NCBI GenBank assembly: GCA_051047955.1 | Contig: JBPGPT010000006.1 | Location: 124,001-188,000 of the forward strand | DNA from: Cystobasidiomycetes sp. EMM_F5 | Taxonomy: Eukaryota | DNA: 64,000 nucleotides | Reading direction: 5' to 3' | Shown: positions 26,932 to 41,107 of the stretch, piece after piece | How the letters are laid out: each line of letters opens with the position of its first letter | How positions within the stretch are numbered: position 1 is the stretch's first letter | Notes under the pieces: generated by a model | Seen by the model: only the letters and a program-made list of their open reading frames with translations | What the model was told of the DNA's origin: nothing | Database searches by the model: none | Program-made: the position numbers and the translations under genes

Positions 26932-28012
26932 CTAGGCCGTCGTTTTGCCGGACTTGCGTCGCACTTCCTTCTTCAGTGCACGCATGTTGGGCATACCCGG
27001 CTTGGAAGAAGTAGAACTACCACTCTTCATGGTCTCGAGGCCTGTGCTTAGAGCACTAGGGACGCCATAGCCCGCCAGGATTGAGATGCCTTCGTTTGCA
27101 GCAGCGATGGAGGCATGATAGCCACCTTCGAAGGCAAATTCATTGCCGACTACCGGTATTGCGTGCCCAAAGACCGCAAGATGGGCCTGTTGCGCCATGT
27201 GGCTCACGCCTTGCACGAAGCCGGTAGTTGCATCTGCACCGAGATGGCCCAAATCAGAAGTTCCATCCGACGGCGTCAACATCGCAACGATGTTCGAACC
27301 ATCTCTGATGATTTGCGTAGACGTAGTGCCTGAAGTGGTGGGCAGGCTGGCCGTCGCATAGCAAGCGGATACATCAAGCGGACCGCTCGGTACGGAGGAA
27401 GCAAGAGTTGAAGTCAGGTGCGAAGAGAGGCCTATATCGTGCAGAGCCAAGCCCACGCAGACCGGAGCGACATTGACCAGGCATGGTATGATTTGATCGA
27501 GGAGGAGGTTGGACGAATGTGGGGTCAATCCTCTGAGTGTCATTTCTTCGAGGACCGCTTCGTGCTTTAGAGCGGCAGCATCCTGTTGATACTCTTTGAT
27601 GACCTTGGAGGCATAGAGTGAGGCAGGAATAAGCAAAAGGACAGGAGGGAATGCCATGCCGAGAGCCGTAGCACCAGCCAAACCTATAGCTGTGCCTGTA
27701 ATGGCAGCCCCGTTCGCAATAGCACCACATGCGTCTAGAGATCGCAGGAATGCTTCAATATAATACCGTCCGAACGACTTTGCATAAAGTATACTCACTT
27801 CCATGCTCATCGCGACGTAGCTGCATCTCGAGTTGAATAAGACTAGCATCTGGCATGAGGTCCTTGTCCCAAATAGCTGCCATCCATGCCTTTCCGGGCT
27901 TCTTGTACGCCTCGATACCGTTGCCCAGCAGTTTGCGATGCCATTTCTCGGAACGTTTCAATCTTGCAGCACTTCGTTCGTTTTCGCTCAATGCTGGATG
28001 GGGATTCATCAC
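26932..28012 (-). CDS. Hypothetical protein with Gly/Ala-rich hydrophobic segment
   Basis: Long ORF 26932-27849 plus likely first exon in ORF 27755-28012; hydrophobic stretch GAAITGTAIGLAGATALGMAFPPVLLLIP. Confidence 0.6.
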
Positions 28013-28630
28013 GCTAGAGGTAGAAGAGGGACCGTGCAGAGTCGCTCTGAGGTGTAGTACGAGCGATACAAGAAGCGCCTGGGGATTGATGACTAGGCTC
28101 GTGGGGTGAGGAAGGAAGAGGGGAAAGCTGCTTCAGGATTTCAACTGATGAGAATCCAGTGCAGGGATCGATTGCTCGGCGCATGACTACCTGCACCTGC
28201 GCCTTCGGTGCTTACGAAGCTTGCGCAGGGATTGAATCGTTGCGGGAGTCTCCAAGAAGGTTAGACTCGCCGAATACGGAGCACGATAGGCCCTCATGGG
28301 AATCCTTCTGTGAACGTGACACGCATGACGGGTAGTACATTGCATAAGACGACTCAGGGATGGCAGGGCTTCGCCAAATCACCATCGAAAACAGTTGGTC
28401 AGCGTCAGGGATCAAGCCGTTAGGTCTTGAACACCGCGGAGGATGGCGTGAGACTCGTCTGCGCGTGAGACTCGTGTAAACTACGCATCGCATGATTCGG
28501 GCGACTCCCTGTACATGTGTATTGTCAGCACATTCGTTGATTTCTCCGCTCATTCGGCCCGAGTTGTCGGTGCTGGCAATTGCACACGTCAGCTCTGCAT
28601 TTCATAGCACCGTCCCAAACAGTAGTATCC

Positions 28631-29541
28631 ATGGCTCCTATCATATTCTATGACCTGGACAGCAAGACGTGAGTCGCGCGTCAGACATTGCGTTGGTCTG
28701 CTTCTAAGCTGCATCACTGACCACATCATTGTTGGCAGCAAACAGATATGGTCACCGTACGGCGAACCACACCATCATGACAGATATACGCTGACGGCAC
28801 TGATGTCGTCTATGTCGTGCACGGTAGAAATCCAATGATGACCAAGTTTGCCCTCAAGTTCAAGGGACTTGAATACGAGACCCGCAACATCAGGTACGTC
28901 TACATCGGGATGACGGAACGTCGCGCTAAGTGTATACGCCCAGCTACCCTGATATCGCTGACTTCCTCAAGGGCAAGGGTGTCGAGCCATGCCCAGGACA
29001 TCCGACCGTCAATTATACGCTCCCCGCTATCGACCATGACGGGAAAACCATTATGGACTCGTTTGCCATTGCTGAATACCTCGAGCAAAAGTACCCAGAC
29101 AAGCCTTCACTATTTCCGCACAACTCGAAACCATTTGCACGCGTCTTACTGGAATATGTAAAGGCATCATTCCATCTCCCAACCTTTCCCCTTATACTGC
29201 CTAAGATTGTCGACAACCTCGACCCGCGCGGTGCAGAGTACTTCAAACGAACGCGTACAGAACTGTATGGTCCAGTCAGCCACGACATTCAGAACGACAC
29301 CAAGCGTACCGACGAGATGTGGGCCAATGCTGCGAAAGGGATCAAAGCTCTCGCGGCGATGCTGCAAGACAACCCCGAAGGACCTTTCTTCCTCGGCAAG
29401 GAACGAAGTTACGTCGATATCGTGTTCTTTTCCAGATTGCACTTCTACAAGGTCGTCTACTCAGACATGCTCAGAAAAGTATACGAAATTGAGCCGTCCA
29501 TCGAGACTTTCTATGACGCTTGCAGGGATTTAGCAGAGTGA
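28631..29541 (+). CDS. Glutathione S-transferase-like protein
   Basis: MAPIIFYDL first exon; WSP; ALKFKGLEY; YTLPAIDHDGKTIMDSFAIAEYLEQKYP; GPFFLGKERSYVD. Confidence 0.85.
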
Positions 29542-29743
29542 CAGAGACGCTTTAGCGTTAACTAGTCTCCATTGTAACCAGTCAGTCAGGCTCTATCGTA
29601 CAGTCTCGGCAGTGGCGGATATGTTTGTGTTGTCGTCTTTCGCCAACCATACAATACTTTGATATTACTGTCTGCACATCGCCATCTGCAAAGACTGCAC
29701 TGCTCATTCTGGCTACAGCATCAACGCGTCCTCGCTGCCCAGC

Positions 29744-31081
29744 ATGCCGTCGAGAACAGCAGAATTCCGGTCGACCGTCGAATCAGCTAGGCTGCGACTG
29801 GCCAACGCTGGCGGGATTCCAGAGCACAAGCAGCGTCTGCTAGCTGGTCAGAGCAGAGATGGCAGGGCAGGCCAGCGCTCCGAGTTTGCGCGCTCGGCCG
29901 CTCAGATAGCAAAGGAGATTCAGACGACAATGGGCAAGCTCGAGAAACTGGCGCAACGTGTGTCTTACGATACAGCCTAGCACCGTACCGAGCTGCTGAC
30001 ATGTGTATTCGTGGATCCAGTCGCGAAACGCAAGACCCTCTTTGATGACCGGCCGGTCGAAATATCAGAACTCACCTACATCATCAAACGCGATATCGCA
30101 TCGCTAAACCAGCAGATTGCAAAGCTCCAGTCTATTGTCCAGGCCGGTCAAGGGTCTGGCAAAGGCAAGCAGGCCGAGGAGCACAGCAATAATGTGATTG
30201 TTATGCTGCAAGGCAAATTGGCGAGCACGAGCATGGGCTTCAAGGACGTGCTTGAATTACGGACGCAGGCGCGTTACGGATGGCTTTGCACTCCACAAAG
30301 CTGCAATCTGACCTCTCTCTTGAATCTGCAGAACATGAAAGCGTCAAAAGCGAGAACCGATCAGTTTGGGTACACGTCGTCGGCAGGCCTGTCGAATGCC
30401 CCTCCTGCAGGTGAGATGAAATCCATGCATCACTTGCTAATGATGTTGACTGATCTCTGCAAGTTCTTCGCTCTCGTCATATCCCACCGCCTTCCTCAGA
30501 CTCGGTACTGTACCAGACTGGACCCGGTCAAGCGAGTACATCTTCCGTAGCTGGACGCTACGATGCGACACGGAGAGGCTCTGCACCAGGAGGCGCAGGT
30601 GCTGCTACTTACGTTAACGGCGGCGACTACAAGGGTAAAGGACGACAGAGCTCTGATCTCAACGGAGGTAACGACTATCTGGCCCTCGATATGGGTAGTA
30701 TGGGTGGAGGCGCGCAGGAGCAGATGCAGATGCAAGTCCAGCAGCAAGACCAATATCTCGGTCAAAGAGCAACAGCTATCGAATCTATCGAGTCTACCAT
30801 CTCTGAATTGGGTCAGATCTTCTCTCAACTCGCAACTATGGTCGCTCAGCAGGGCGAAACTGTCCAGAGGATAGACGCCGATACTTCAGATATAGCCAAG
30901 TAAGCGGAGAATCTAGTGTTATCCTTCCGACAAACTGACGTCTGGCCTCTATAGCAACGTGTCAGGAGCCCAACGAGAACTACTGAAATATTATGCATCC
31001 GTTTCTGGGAATCGGGCGCTCATGCTCAAGATATTTGGTATTCTCATTATCTTCTTCCTCGTATTTACGCTTGTATCATAG
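29744..31081 (+). CDS. SED5: cis-Golgi t-SNARE syntaxin 5 (Sed5)
   Basis: RTAEF, KRKTLFDDRPVEISELTYIIK, IESTISELGQIFSQLATMVAQQGETVQRID, C-terminal transmembrane helix KIFGILIIFFLVFTLVS*. Confidence 0.96.
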
Positions 31082-31753
31082 TGTTTTACCACGAGCAACC
31101 ATCAGGGACGACAGAGCGTAATATACTGACACACGCATGCCATACCCTCATACCACAATCAATGTCTGTGCTCGTCATTGGCTGAGCCGTGCCGTCTGCA
31201 AGAAGATAGCGACAGCGGTACTGACAGATTACAGACGTTTCTGCAGTATGTGGTAGGCAAGACGAACGTCTCCCTTGTCGCGAGCACAACGGAACAAGCA
31301 CTTCAATTAGCTGCAGGACGACCCGAGAACGACCAATCTTCAACTGCCATGGGTGCTGCTTGCAGTACATGTGACAACGAAGAAACAAAGAGTGTGTAGT
31401 CTCAAAACAAAAAACTACAATATATGGCTACGGCAAATCCAAAATAAGATTTGCGAGAAGAAGGCGAAAACCGTTCGTCTATGTTACACTGATGCGTGGT
31501 GTGGTAGAAGGAAAGCAAGGATGAGGGTGTACTACCTGATCTTGTACTGTGTATTACTGATGCGTTGACTGATCGTAGCCGGGGGATGTGCGCGATAGCA
31601 TTGACGCCGTATACGCTCTGCAGGTTCAGCAGGACCAACGCCGCTAAATGCGCCACAACGTGTCCAGCAGGCCGTCTTGCATTTTCGCGATGATGTTCTG
31701 CTACTTGATCCGTTGAGAGGAAGTGGCTGCCTATTCAAGCTGTACCCATGCAA

Positions 31754-33102
31754 TCAGTACCCTCCAGCAGGTCTTCGCACGCTACCGCCATAGTCTAAAG
31801 CGCGTCCGTAATAATCCTGTTCCGCAGCATTGCCGTACACTTGTTGTTGATGAGCATACTGATGATGAAGATCACCATCTACTCCTCCATAAGCATTTCC
31901 GAATGACCGGCTAGATGGCACGGGCGGAGGCAAGGCAGGATATAGATCGTTGCCATACTGGTGCTGATGAGCATTCTCACCCATCGACAGGGCACTCTTG
32001 GCTCCCAGAGAGTCAGCTCTCCCAAGGAGCGTCGCTGCACCTGCAGAGTTCTTGCGATGCAGAGAATCGACCACACTACCGTGTCCTGCGGACGACTGCG
32101 AGTGCGAGCGGTGCAGAGGCCATGCATTTTTCGTATCTGCCATACCCTGCGATTCGTCACTGCGTCGCCGTCCGTGACTATCCATTGAAGCTGCTGCAGC
32201 AAAATTGACTTGCGAAGTAGCATACATGTCGCTATCGCGTCGGTTATTTGTAAAGTCGATTGGAGCCATCTTTCGATCGAAGCGCGAAGAGGGCGATAGT
32301 TTGATTTTGCGTACAATTCTGCACGATTGCGTCAGCGACATTGCGCTCACATGCACGATGAATGTCCAACTCACGTCCATATCGCAATAGCTCCGCCAAC
32401 GCACGAAGCTACTACGATAATGATAATGATTGTGCTCTTGTTGATGCCAGATGATGAGGATGAAGCGTTGGCTGCTGCTGCAGTACTTGAAGGTGTAGTT
32501 GTATTGCTCGAAAGCGTCTCGGACACTGTCTGGGTAAGGACTACTGGTGCCAGCGTTGGGGGTGGACTGGTTGTAGAAGCCGGGATAGTGGATGTCCTGT
32601 CTACAACGACGATCGAAGTCGACGATGAGGAACTCGTAGTCGATACTGACGATGTATTTGACGCGGGCGAAGGAGTGAATGCGACACCTCCATTGAGGGC
32701 ATCGCTAATCCCGCTCTGCAACCCCGAAAGCAGATTTTCGTTTGTCCGGGAAGCGGAGGTTGGCGATGTGAGAACTGCTGCGGATGTTTTAGAATTTGCG
32801 TCTGCGTTGGCATTTGTCGGGCTGGACGTAGCGGGATTGGCAGCGCTCGAGCCTCTTGGATCGGCTGAAGATGGAGTGGTCGCGACTGCGGTGTTGGCGG
32901 AAGCTGATGCCGGACTGACTTGCTGACGGGCCATGTGCAAGTGCATCAACTCGAACCCATCGTGCCGAACTTGGCGTGCCATACGGTTCCCCGGTGCATC
33001 GTGGTAGCTGGCGGCTAAAACACTGTGCGCAGCGAGTGCGCTCAAGAGGCACAGCACTGCAGCTGCGCGCGACAGCCGTGTACTCTGATGATAATCGGGC
33101 AT
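31754..33102 (-). CDS. Ser/Thr-rich single-pass membrane protein (Mid2/Wsc-like architecture)
   Basis: Signal peptide-like N-terminus, S/T-rich ectodomain, TM IIIIIVVASCVGGAIAIW, then a basic cytoplasmic segment after an intron. Confidence 0.75.
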
Positions 33103-33845
33103 CGTCTAGTCCTTTTGTAATTGATATCTTGTTTGGTAGCGAGCGTGTTGTTGGTGACCACCCGCCGCAGACTGAAGCCCAGCGACCAGCGCCTCGCTCC
33201 AGCGGGTGAATAACAAGTTGTGTTTCGAGGTTAAGAGAGTGTGAGGGTGCCAAATCTCTTTGCAATGCCCAGCCCGCAGCCCAGGTCTTCGGTCGTCGTC
33301 GTCGTCGTCAACAGGACCGTGGGAATGTGGGACTTTTGGCGACTTTGACAGCTCTAAAGGCGGTGGACGAGTGGGCGTGATTGCCGTGTTGGCGTGTGGT
33401 GGTCGAGTTGAAAGGCAGCAGGTTTGTATTACTTTTGTGTTGTATTGGTTGTGTTGGATGGGTCTGGCTGGTCTCGACCGTGGCTGGCTGCGGATGGCAT
33501 GGGCATGGCTTTGCCACCTGGAATGCATAGACTGGTCGCCAACATGGTAAAGAAACATCAAGTGAAAGCTTGAACTCGTACGGCAACACGGGCAAACATG
33601 TTTTAAACGAATCAAGACTGAAAGATTCCCGTTCAGACGGCGAAAATCGGATGGATATTAATTATCAGGATCATACTGTATGTAGCTGTACACACTGCTT
33701 GCACGCACAATACTTGCGTGCATGTTGATACCGCGAAAGATGTGACTTGATATTCGGAGCACATCTACGCATCCTCCGCGTCATACTGCACTGTCGCCAG
33801 ACTTTCACTCTCCAGGAACTAACGAGGACCTGTAAAAGGTATTGT

Positions 33846-34047
33846 TCAAGAAACAAGATATGCATCAAAATCGAATGCTCCAGAAGCTGCGCTGTTGGGT
33901 TGTTGTTGTTCTAGAGGTGGTGGTGGTTGTGAAGGTGGAGGTTGGCCACCCTGAGGCGCAAACTGCTGCATCCCGCCCGGATGCTGCATCTGTGGAGGCG
34001 ACATTGCGGGGTTGCTGAAGCCCATTCCACCTGGCCTTGCCTGCTGC

Positions 34048-34079
<32 letters not shown>

Positions 34080-37000
34080 TTGCATCGCTGCAAATTGTTG
34101 GGCAGACATCTGCATTTGCATCTGCGAGGGTGGCCGTCCTTGTTGCTGCACTTGCTGCTGTTGTTGCTGGTACATGGCAAGCGCTTCAGGCGACATTTGC
34201 GCATACGGAAACATGCGGTTCTGCGGCGCCGCTCCTGGCGCTCCGACCTTATTACAACCCTGCTGCTGTTGCTGCTGTAATCCAGGCAACCCCGCTTGCT
34301 GAGCAGCCGGAGTGGGCATCGGAGGCATTTGCCCAAACCCAGGCTGCTGAGCACCAGGGCCAGGGCGTGGCGGACCGGCATTGGCCGCAGGACCACCTGC
34401 CTGCTGTTGAGCTTGCTGCTGAGCTTGCATTTGACCTTGCATCTGACCTTGCTGCTGCTGATGCATGAATGCAGCTTTCATCGCCGCCTGTTGTCGGAGC
34501 GCGATAGCTTGAGCATCAGCACCTTGCTGCGTACCCGTAGCATAGTTGTGCATATTCATGCTCGGTACAAACGGCGCATTCGGATTTTGCTGCGTCTGGA
34601 ACCCTTGCATGGGAGTCCCCATCTGCTGCTGCTGTTGTTGCTGCTGCTGCTGCTGCTGCAATTGCATTTGCATCTGATGTTGCTGCTGCGGTGTCGGATA
34701 TCCCGGCTGGCCAGGCTGCGACATGTTACTCATTTGCCGCATTTGCTGCTGCGGCTGCTGTAGCGTGCCATTCGGTATCTGGCCCGCCTGCCCAGCCTGT
34801 GGTTGGCCCATCGCTCGGCCCTGCGCTTGGGCCGCCTGTGCTTCGTACATCTGTTGTGCTCGGAGTTGAGGGTTTTGTTGTTGCTGCATCATCAGGAATG
34901 CGATTTCTTGCTCGCTCAGCTGCCTCGGCTGGCCCGGCTGTTGCTGTCCAGGAACAGGCGTTCCACCATTGTTGGCTTGCACGACCATTGCCTGCTGCTG
35001 CGCGTTGAACGGTAACTGACCAGGTTGCCCATCTTGCTGTTGCTGTTGCTGGGCCATTATGCGCTGCTGGGCGGCGTACTGCGCAAAGGCTGGATTGGCT
35101 TGCATCTGCGCCTGAGCTTGCGCATCTATTGGCACTGGGCCCTGCCCTGCCTGGGCCTGCATCGGAGGACGGCTAGCTTGTACACCCGGTTGCATGCCTC
35201 CTGGCAGCTGCTGCGATTGTTGCATTTGCTGATGGTGCGCGATTTGAGCTTGTTGTATAGCCATCCGTCGAGCTTGCTGCATCTGAAGTTGCTGCTGGGT
35301 TGTCGGAACACTCCTGCTATCCCGTTGATTGCTTTGCCCTGCAGGGGAACTACCAAATGCAGTACTCGATAGAGCTGGCGAAGCGGCGTTTTCTGGAAGA
35401 CCGACTGTCGAACCGGCCGGACTACTCGCTTGAGCTGGGCCTGGTGTATGGAAGGCAGTAACAGACGGTGCACGGGCGTAGGGGATATACTGCTGAGGAG
35501 TACTTGCATTCATGGCAGGAGAACCGGCCTGCTGAGGCTGCTGCGCCTGAGCTCGCATCACAGACGGTGGACGAGCCGGAGGCGGCATATCGCCATTCAT
35601 CATCTGCTGTTGCTGAGCCTGATGCATGTGCGCCTGTTGGGCAGTCATCGAAGGGGCATCCGGACGACCACCTGATTGCGGAACCTGCCCTTGCATCTGA
35701 TTGTTCAGCTGCGCCTGCCGCTGCATAGCAACCATCCGAGAGTGTTCAGCTTGCTGTTGCTGCTGCTGCTGAAACGCTGCCGCTGTCAAAGAAGTCAGAC
35801 AAAAGTTTAGATCATTAGTCTGGCGACACTAGACCATTGTGTTCAGGCATCACGGACCAGCTTGCGAGTCTTGTCCAAACTGCTGCTGCTGTTGAGCTGG
35901 CGAGGAGAATTGTCGTTGCTGCTGCTGCTGGTGGTGATACACTTGCTGAGCTAGCGAGCCATTCTGCTGCAATGCAGGGAGGCCCGCCTGCTGCCCCTGA
36001 TGTCCATTGTTAAGCTGCGAAACGCTCTGCTGCCGAGTAGGCGGCCTGACGAAGGGCACGACGGGTGATTGCTGCACAGAGTGCATGGATGGGGCCGGAC
36101 TTGGCGCTACGGGCATACTTGGCGGCGAGGCGTTGACTTGTGATAAGGACGATGTACGCATATGTCCTTGCGACATTACAGACGGCGGCCTCTGCGTCTG
36201 TCCTGTTGCACCATTCGGCATTGCAAATCCAGGCTGTTGTTGTTGTAACGGCTGCATCTGTGGCGTATGCGTAGGAAACCCTTGCATTTGACTAGGCTGA
36301 ATAGGGCCACCTTGCTGTTGAAGCAGGCCTGCAACTGGCATTTGTCCTGGTTGTGGCTGATTTGGCTGTTGTCCACTCTGCAGCTGATTTTGAGCGGAAG
36401 CTTGGTGTTGAGCCTGAGATCGCATGTGCAGGTCGTAGATACGCCTCATCTGGTCGAGTTGAGCTTCCTGCGCTCGTATACGCTCGTCGAGCGTCTGTCT
36501 GGCATCTGGCGGCAGCTTGTTGTAAATTTCCTCAGTCGCGCGAGCTGTACGTCCGCTTTGCAGCATATCCTGCAAACGCAGCATGTCATGTACCAAGGCG
36601 TCCAGTGAAGCTGCGCCTGAGCGAGGAATCTGACCCTGCGGAGGGCCGGCACCCATTTGACCCTGTCCTGGCTGCTGCATTGCCTGCCCCTGCTGGTAAG
36701 GCATCGGACCCTGCGAGAAAGCTTGTCCGCCCTGCTGACCATGTGGTTGATAGCCAGGTGGTCCCGGCTGGCCTTGATTTGGTGGGAAGAACTGCGCTTG
36801 ACTGGGCGTACCAGGTGGGAGAGATGCAAACCGTGCTTGTTGAGCTTGCGAGCCAGCTGGGGCCGGAAGCGGAACTTGCGCAGACAGAGGAGAGGGAGCG
36901 ACCGAGCCTGTGTGTGAAGGTGTTGCAAAAGGAGATTGAAGAGAGGAGTTGGATCCAGGTGTACCCGCTGCATTGTTTTGAGCAATAGTTTGAGCTTGCT

Positions 37001-39514
37001 GGATGTGTTGTTGTATGTGAGGAGGGATGGTGGACGCATATTGATTGAGTGGAGGAAATGTGGCGGAGTGAGGAGGTTGGGACGGTGTTCCGTATTGCGG
37101 CAACGGTGTCGTAGGTAAAGGTGTACCGGCCAGCTGAGCTGGTGTTCCTGTCCTGCTGGGCGGTCGTTTCCCCGCCAGACGAGGCGTAGGAGCTCGGGAT
37201 GTCTGCGATCCTGCAGTATCCTGACTTGCCTGATTGACAGTCTTTTTGGGCTGTTTTTGCCCTTTTTGCGATTGTGAGGGTGGTTGTGGGGGCTGAAACG
37301 TTTCTTCACTATTCTTCTGAGCCTTCACCGCTGCCTTGGTCTGACGAGTCTGCTTTTTTGTTGGAGTGGGAGGTACAGCAGCATCCAAGCGTTCTCTTTT
37401 GGCATCGGGTGCTGTGGAATCGATCGCTTGTTCCGAACCAGCGCGATCCCGTTTACCGGTCACCGGCTGTGCTTGTGGTGGAACTGCAGGCAGGCTTGTC
37501 GCAGGCTGAGTAGCGACTTGAGCTTGTAATGGTTGTGCGACCGACGATTCCATCGGGGCTGTTGACGGCGGTGCCGGCACAGGTGGTTGTGCTGTGCCTC
37601 CAGCTGCGAACTGCGTGTCGGCAACAGCAGGAGCATCGTTTCGCTGTGGGCCTGTTTGCTGGCTCAAGATTTCCGGGTTTGGTGAATCTGGCTTTTGCAA
37701 TGTCGAGCCGCTCTTTTGCGCCATCATGAAGAAAGAACGAAGCTGATTGTAAAGTGTCCTCAGCGTGTCGCTTGCTGTAGTCGGCGGCTCTTGTATTGGT
37801 AATGGCAGCACTCCCGGCCCCATCTGCCATGGTGGGCGTCATACGGTCGAAAAAGGTCGGCCATGTGGAAAGCCGAACACGGAGGTGAAGTTTACAGCGG
37901 AGGGCGGACGGTAAAATGCGACGTGAGTGTGGCGGCGTAAAGAATAAAGGTAGACGTAAAGACGTCAGTTCAACTCGTTTCACATAGCCGTCTGTCAGAC
38001 CGTTGCTGAGATGCAAGATACGTACATTACTGGAAGCACTTCCTGTCAAAACTGCCAAATATCCCAAGTTGCTGGTCAAGCGTTTGATGAGTCTATCGTC
38101 GGTGATGGCGAGATCACAATGAACGAGAATTCGTCAGAAAATAGAGTGACGCAGATCACCAATGTAAGGCTCACTCTGTATAATCGTCGCCAAGAGTATA
38201 CTTTTGACCAGCGTATTGCTTTGCGTAAAATTCTTGCAAGGCGAGACAAGCTCGTATCAATTCAGCATTGATGAGTAAGATGTTTGGCACTTGGAGCGCG
38301 TAGATGTGTTTGCGAATCTCTTGAGCTTGCAGATGCTGCCCTATCGCATCTGGCGATTTGCCAATCGGCTTGTCGGTAAGTGGGTTGGAGATGAGAGGCA
38401 TCTGCAACTCCCGGGGACTAGATACTTGCTTTAACGCAGGTGGGATTGAAGCGTCTAGGCTTGTCCCTTGCGCATCAGACGTGTTTACTGGATTACTCGG
38501 ATTATCGGCCCTTTGAACGGTATGCAAGTCTCCTTTACTCGAGGTGCGCTGCATTTGTCCCTCCGCACTAGTAGACTGCGGAGCGCTGTGGGCACTCTCC
38601 TGACCTCCACAGTTATCAACATCCTCTTCCGGTATCTGCGCGAGGGATCCTATCCTCGTCGGCGATACACGTCGCCCCGGAGATGGCGGTCGAGCGGCAT
38701 GCTGACCAGTACCATGTATACTGGAGAACGGGATACTGGCAGAGCTGTTATCGACCAGGCCTTGAGCAGGTTCAGGCGTATCTGCGACATCGGTCGAGCG
38801 AGCTTCTGTGACATCTGCCTGGCTGACCCGCCCGGAATCAATCTGCGTAGACTGTCCAGCTTCTGTACTCGTCTGACGGTCCTTTGAGCTCTCTCTACTG
38901 CTCGTATCACTCCTGCTTGGCGACCCATCAGACTGATCGGGCAGCTTTGAGCTAGTCGCAGTGGTTGAGTTGGGGGTTTTGGCGGTATGTGCATAGTCTA
39001 CGTTTGCATATACATGCTCAAAACGATCTTGCGGATTGCCTTTGGCGTACTTCGACTGGGAGCTCTGCTCATTGTTTCCCTGCGAGCTCATTTCGCCTTG
39101 CATTGACCATGTATGACCGTTGACGCGAGTCGCTGCTTTATCGGGGACGTGATTCGCAGCATTACTGCCAACACTATGCTCGTCGTCGTCGTCGTCGTCG
39201 TCGCCAGCGTCGCTCCCAAACAGGCTGCTGTTATTTTCGCTGAACCCATTCACGAGGCCATCTCTGTGCTGCTGCGACGCTTCTGCACCACTCCCTCTGC
39301 TACTGGGACTGCTGCTGCGACTCTGCCTCTGCTTCTTGCTGGCACTCCCATGGCTGCTGCTCGAGTATCCGCTCTCCTGGCGCTTCTTTGCGTTTGGCGG
39401 ACTGTGCGACGACGACGAAGGAGCTGCGACTACTAGGCCGCCGTGGAGCATCGTGACGCCGTCAGAGAGTGCACCGACAGAGTCCTCGTCCTCGCCGTCG
39501 CTGCTACCGGCCAT
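33846..39514 (-). CDS. Large Gln/Pro-rich protein with SSXT/SNH-like segment (multi-exon)
   Basis: ORFs 38171-39514, 35850-37823 and 33846-35789 separated by intron-sized gaps; ILLINAELIRACLALQ...LIKRLTSNLGYLA; extensive poly-Q. Treating these as one gene is inferred. Confidence 0.7.
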
Positions 39515-39717
39515 GCTTCATTGTTGGCCTGCATGCAGTGGGCGTGAATCAAGGCTGGCTCAAAACAACAACAGCTTTTCTTTAGCGAGGACAGGTCAGT
39601 CTGACTTTTATTGGTGCAAGCAGCTCTGCACGGTGTCGTAGGGAATCATTCAAGTCTCGTTGTCTGTGTTTGCACTGCATTACTCGATGTTTGTTTCTCT
39701 TTACGCGTAAATAAACG

Positions 39718-41038
39718 ATGACTTTGACGATGAAGGCCGTGGTGATAGAAGCCCCGCACACCGTAAAGGTCAAGGATGTGCCAGTACCGACGTTGGTAGA
39801 AGACTCGGATGTGCTCATCAAGGTCAAGCTGTCTGGTTTGTGCGGTGCGGTAGGCGAATTGTGGGTATTACTACCGCGACTGAATTATAAATACAACAGG
39901 CTCAGACCTGCATCCATACCGAGGTCACGACCCTCCTCCGTACAACTATGTACTCGGACACGAAGTGCTTGGGAAGATTGTTGAGACCGGCAACTCGGTC
40001 GAGAAATTCAAAGTCGGCGATATAGTCTTCTCCGCTTTCCACACAAGCTGCGGTATGTCCTCATCACACACCACACATCACCGTCTCCGACTTTCTCTCG
40101 CTCGCCATTGTACTCTGTCTCCTCAGGCCAATGCTTTTACTGCAATCAATCCATGTTTGCAAGATGCGTAAAGGCACAATGTATTGGTTCGTCAGCGCTA
40201 CAAGGCGCTCAAGCAGAGTACTTTCGTGCTCCTCTAGCAGATTCAACCCTCTTCCACGTGCCGTCCGGTATGCCCGAAGACTTGATGGTCCTCATGGCCG
40301 ACATTCTTCCGACGGGATACAGTGTTGCTCACAACGCCCGTACAATGCTCGATAGCGGTATCGCAGGCGTCTCGACCAATACCGGAGGAAAGAATCAAAT
40401 CTGTGTCGTGATTGGATGCGGGCCAGTAAGTGCCCCAAGTCAAGGCCTGCAGGCGTAAGTCCCGCTGACTCGCTACACCTCAGGTCGGACTGTGTGCAAT
40501 ATCGTCCGCCAAGACCATGTTTGGCAAGGTATTCGCAACAGACGTCGCTTTATCGCGGCTGGAAGACGCAAAACGACACGGAGCGATAGCATTACCGCTT
40601 GAAGAGCTCGAGAAGGAGCTTATGGCCGTGACAGACGGACGGGGCGCTGATGCTGTGCTGGAAGTGGTCGGTAATGCACCAGCTCTCAAAGCGGCATGTA
40701 ACCTTGCAAGACCGTATGGTGTCGTCAGCAGTTGCGGGGTGCACACTAGACCCATCGAACTAGATGGGGATCAGCTATACAGCAAAAAGTAGATCTTTGA
40801 GCAACCCTTGTCTGCAAGGGTCCCCCACTGACATGATGCCATCAACAGTTTGAGGTTTCAATTCGGTCGATGCAGCGTTCGGGCCTTCTTTCCCGCTGCA
40901 CTCGAGATCCTGCATCAAAACAAAGACCTCTTTGCCTCTTTCATTCAGCACAAGGTGCCTCTTGCAAAAGCGGCCGAGTATTACGAGCTATTCGAGCAAA
41001 ACAAGATTGGCAAGACTGTATTTACCATGGACAGCTAG
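39718..41038 (+). CDS. Zinc-binding alcohol dehydrogenase family protein
   Basis: GLCGSDLH, LGHE, CGQCFYC...C structural Zn motif, ADILPTGY, VIGCGPVG, GRGADAVLEVVG. Confidence 0.92.
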
Positions 41039-41107
41039 GCGGCTACAAAAGGTACTATGATACAATGGGTACATGAGCCAGTCATGGGACTAAACATAGT
41101 GGAACAA

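Noticed and set aside
33900..37100. Plus-strand poly-Leu/Cys/Ala ORFs and CTG/TTG repeats
   Set aside because: Antisense shadows of the poly-Gln coding sequence on the minus strand.
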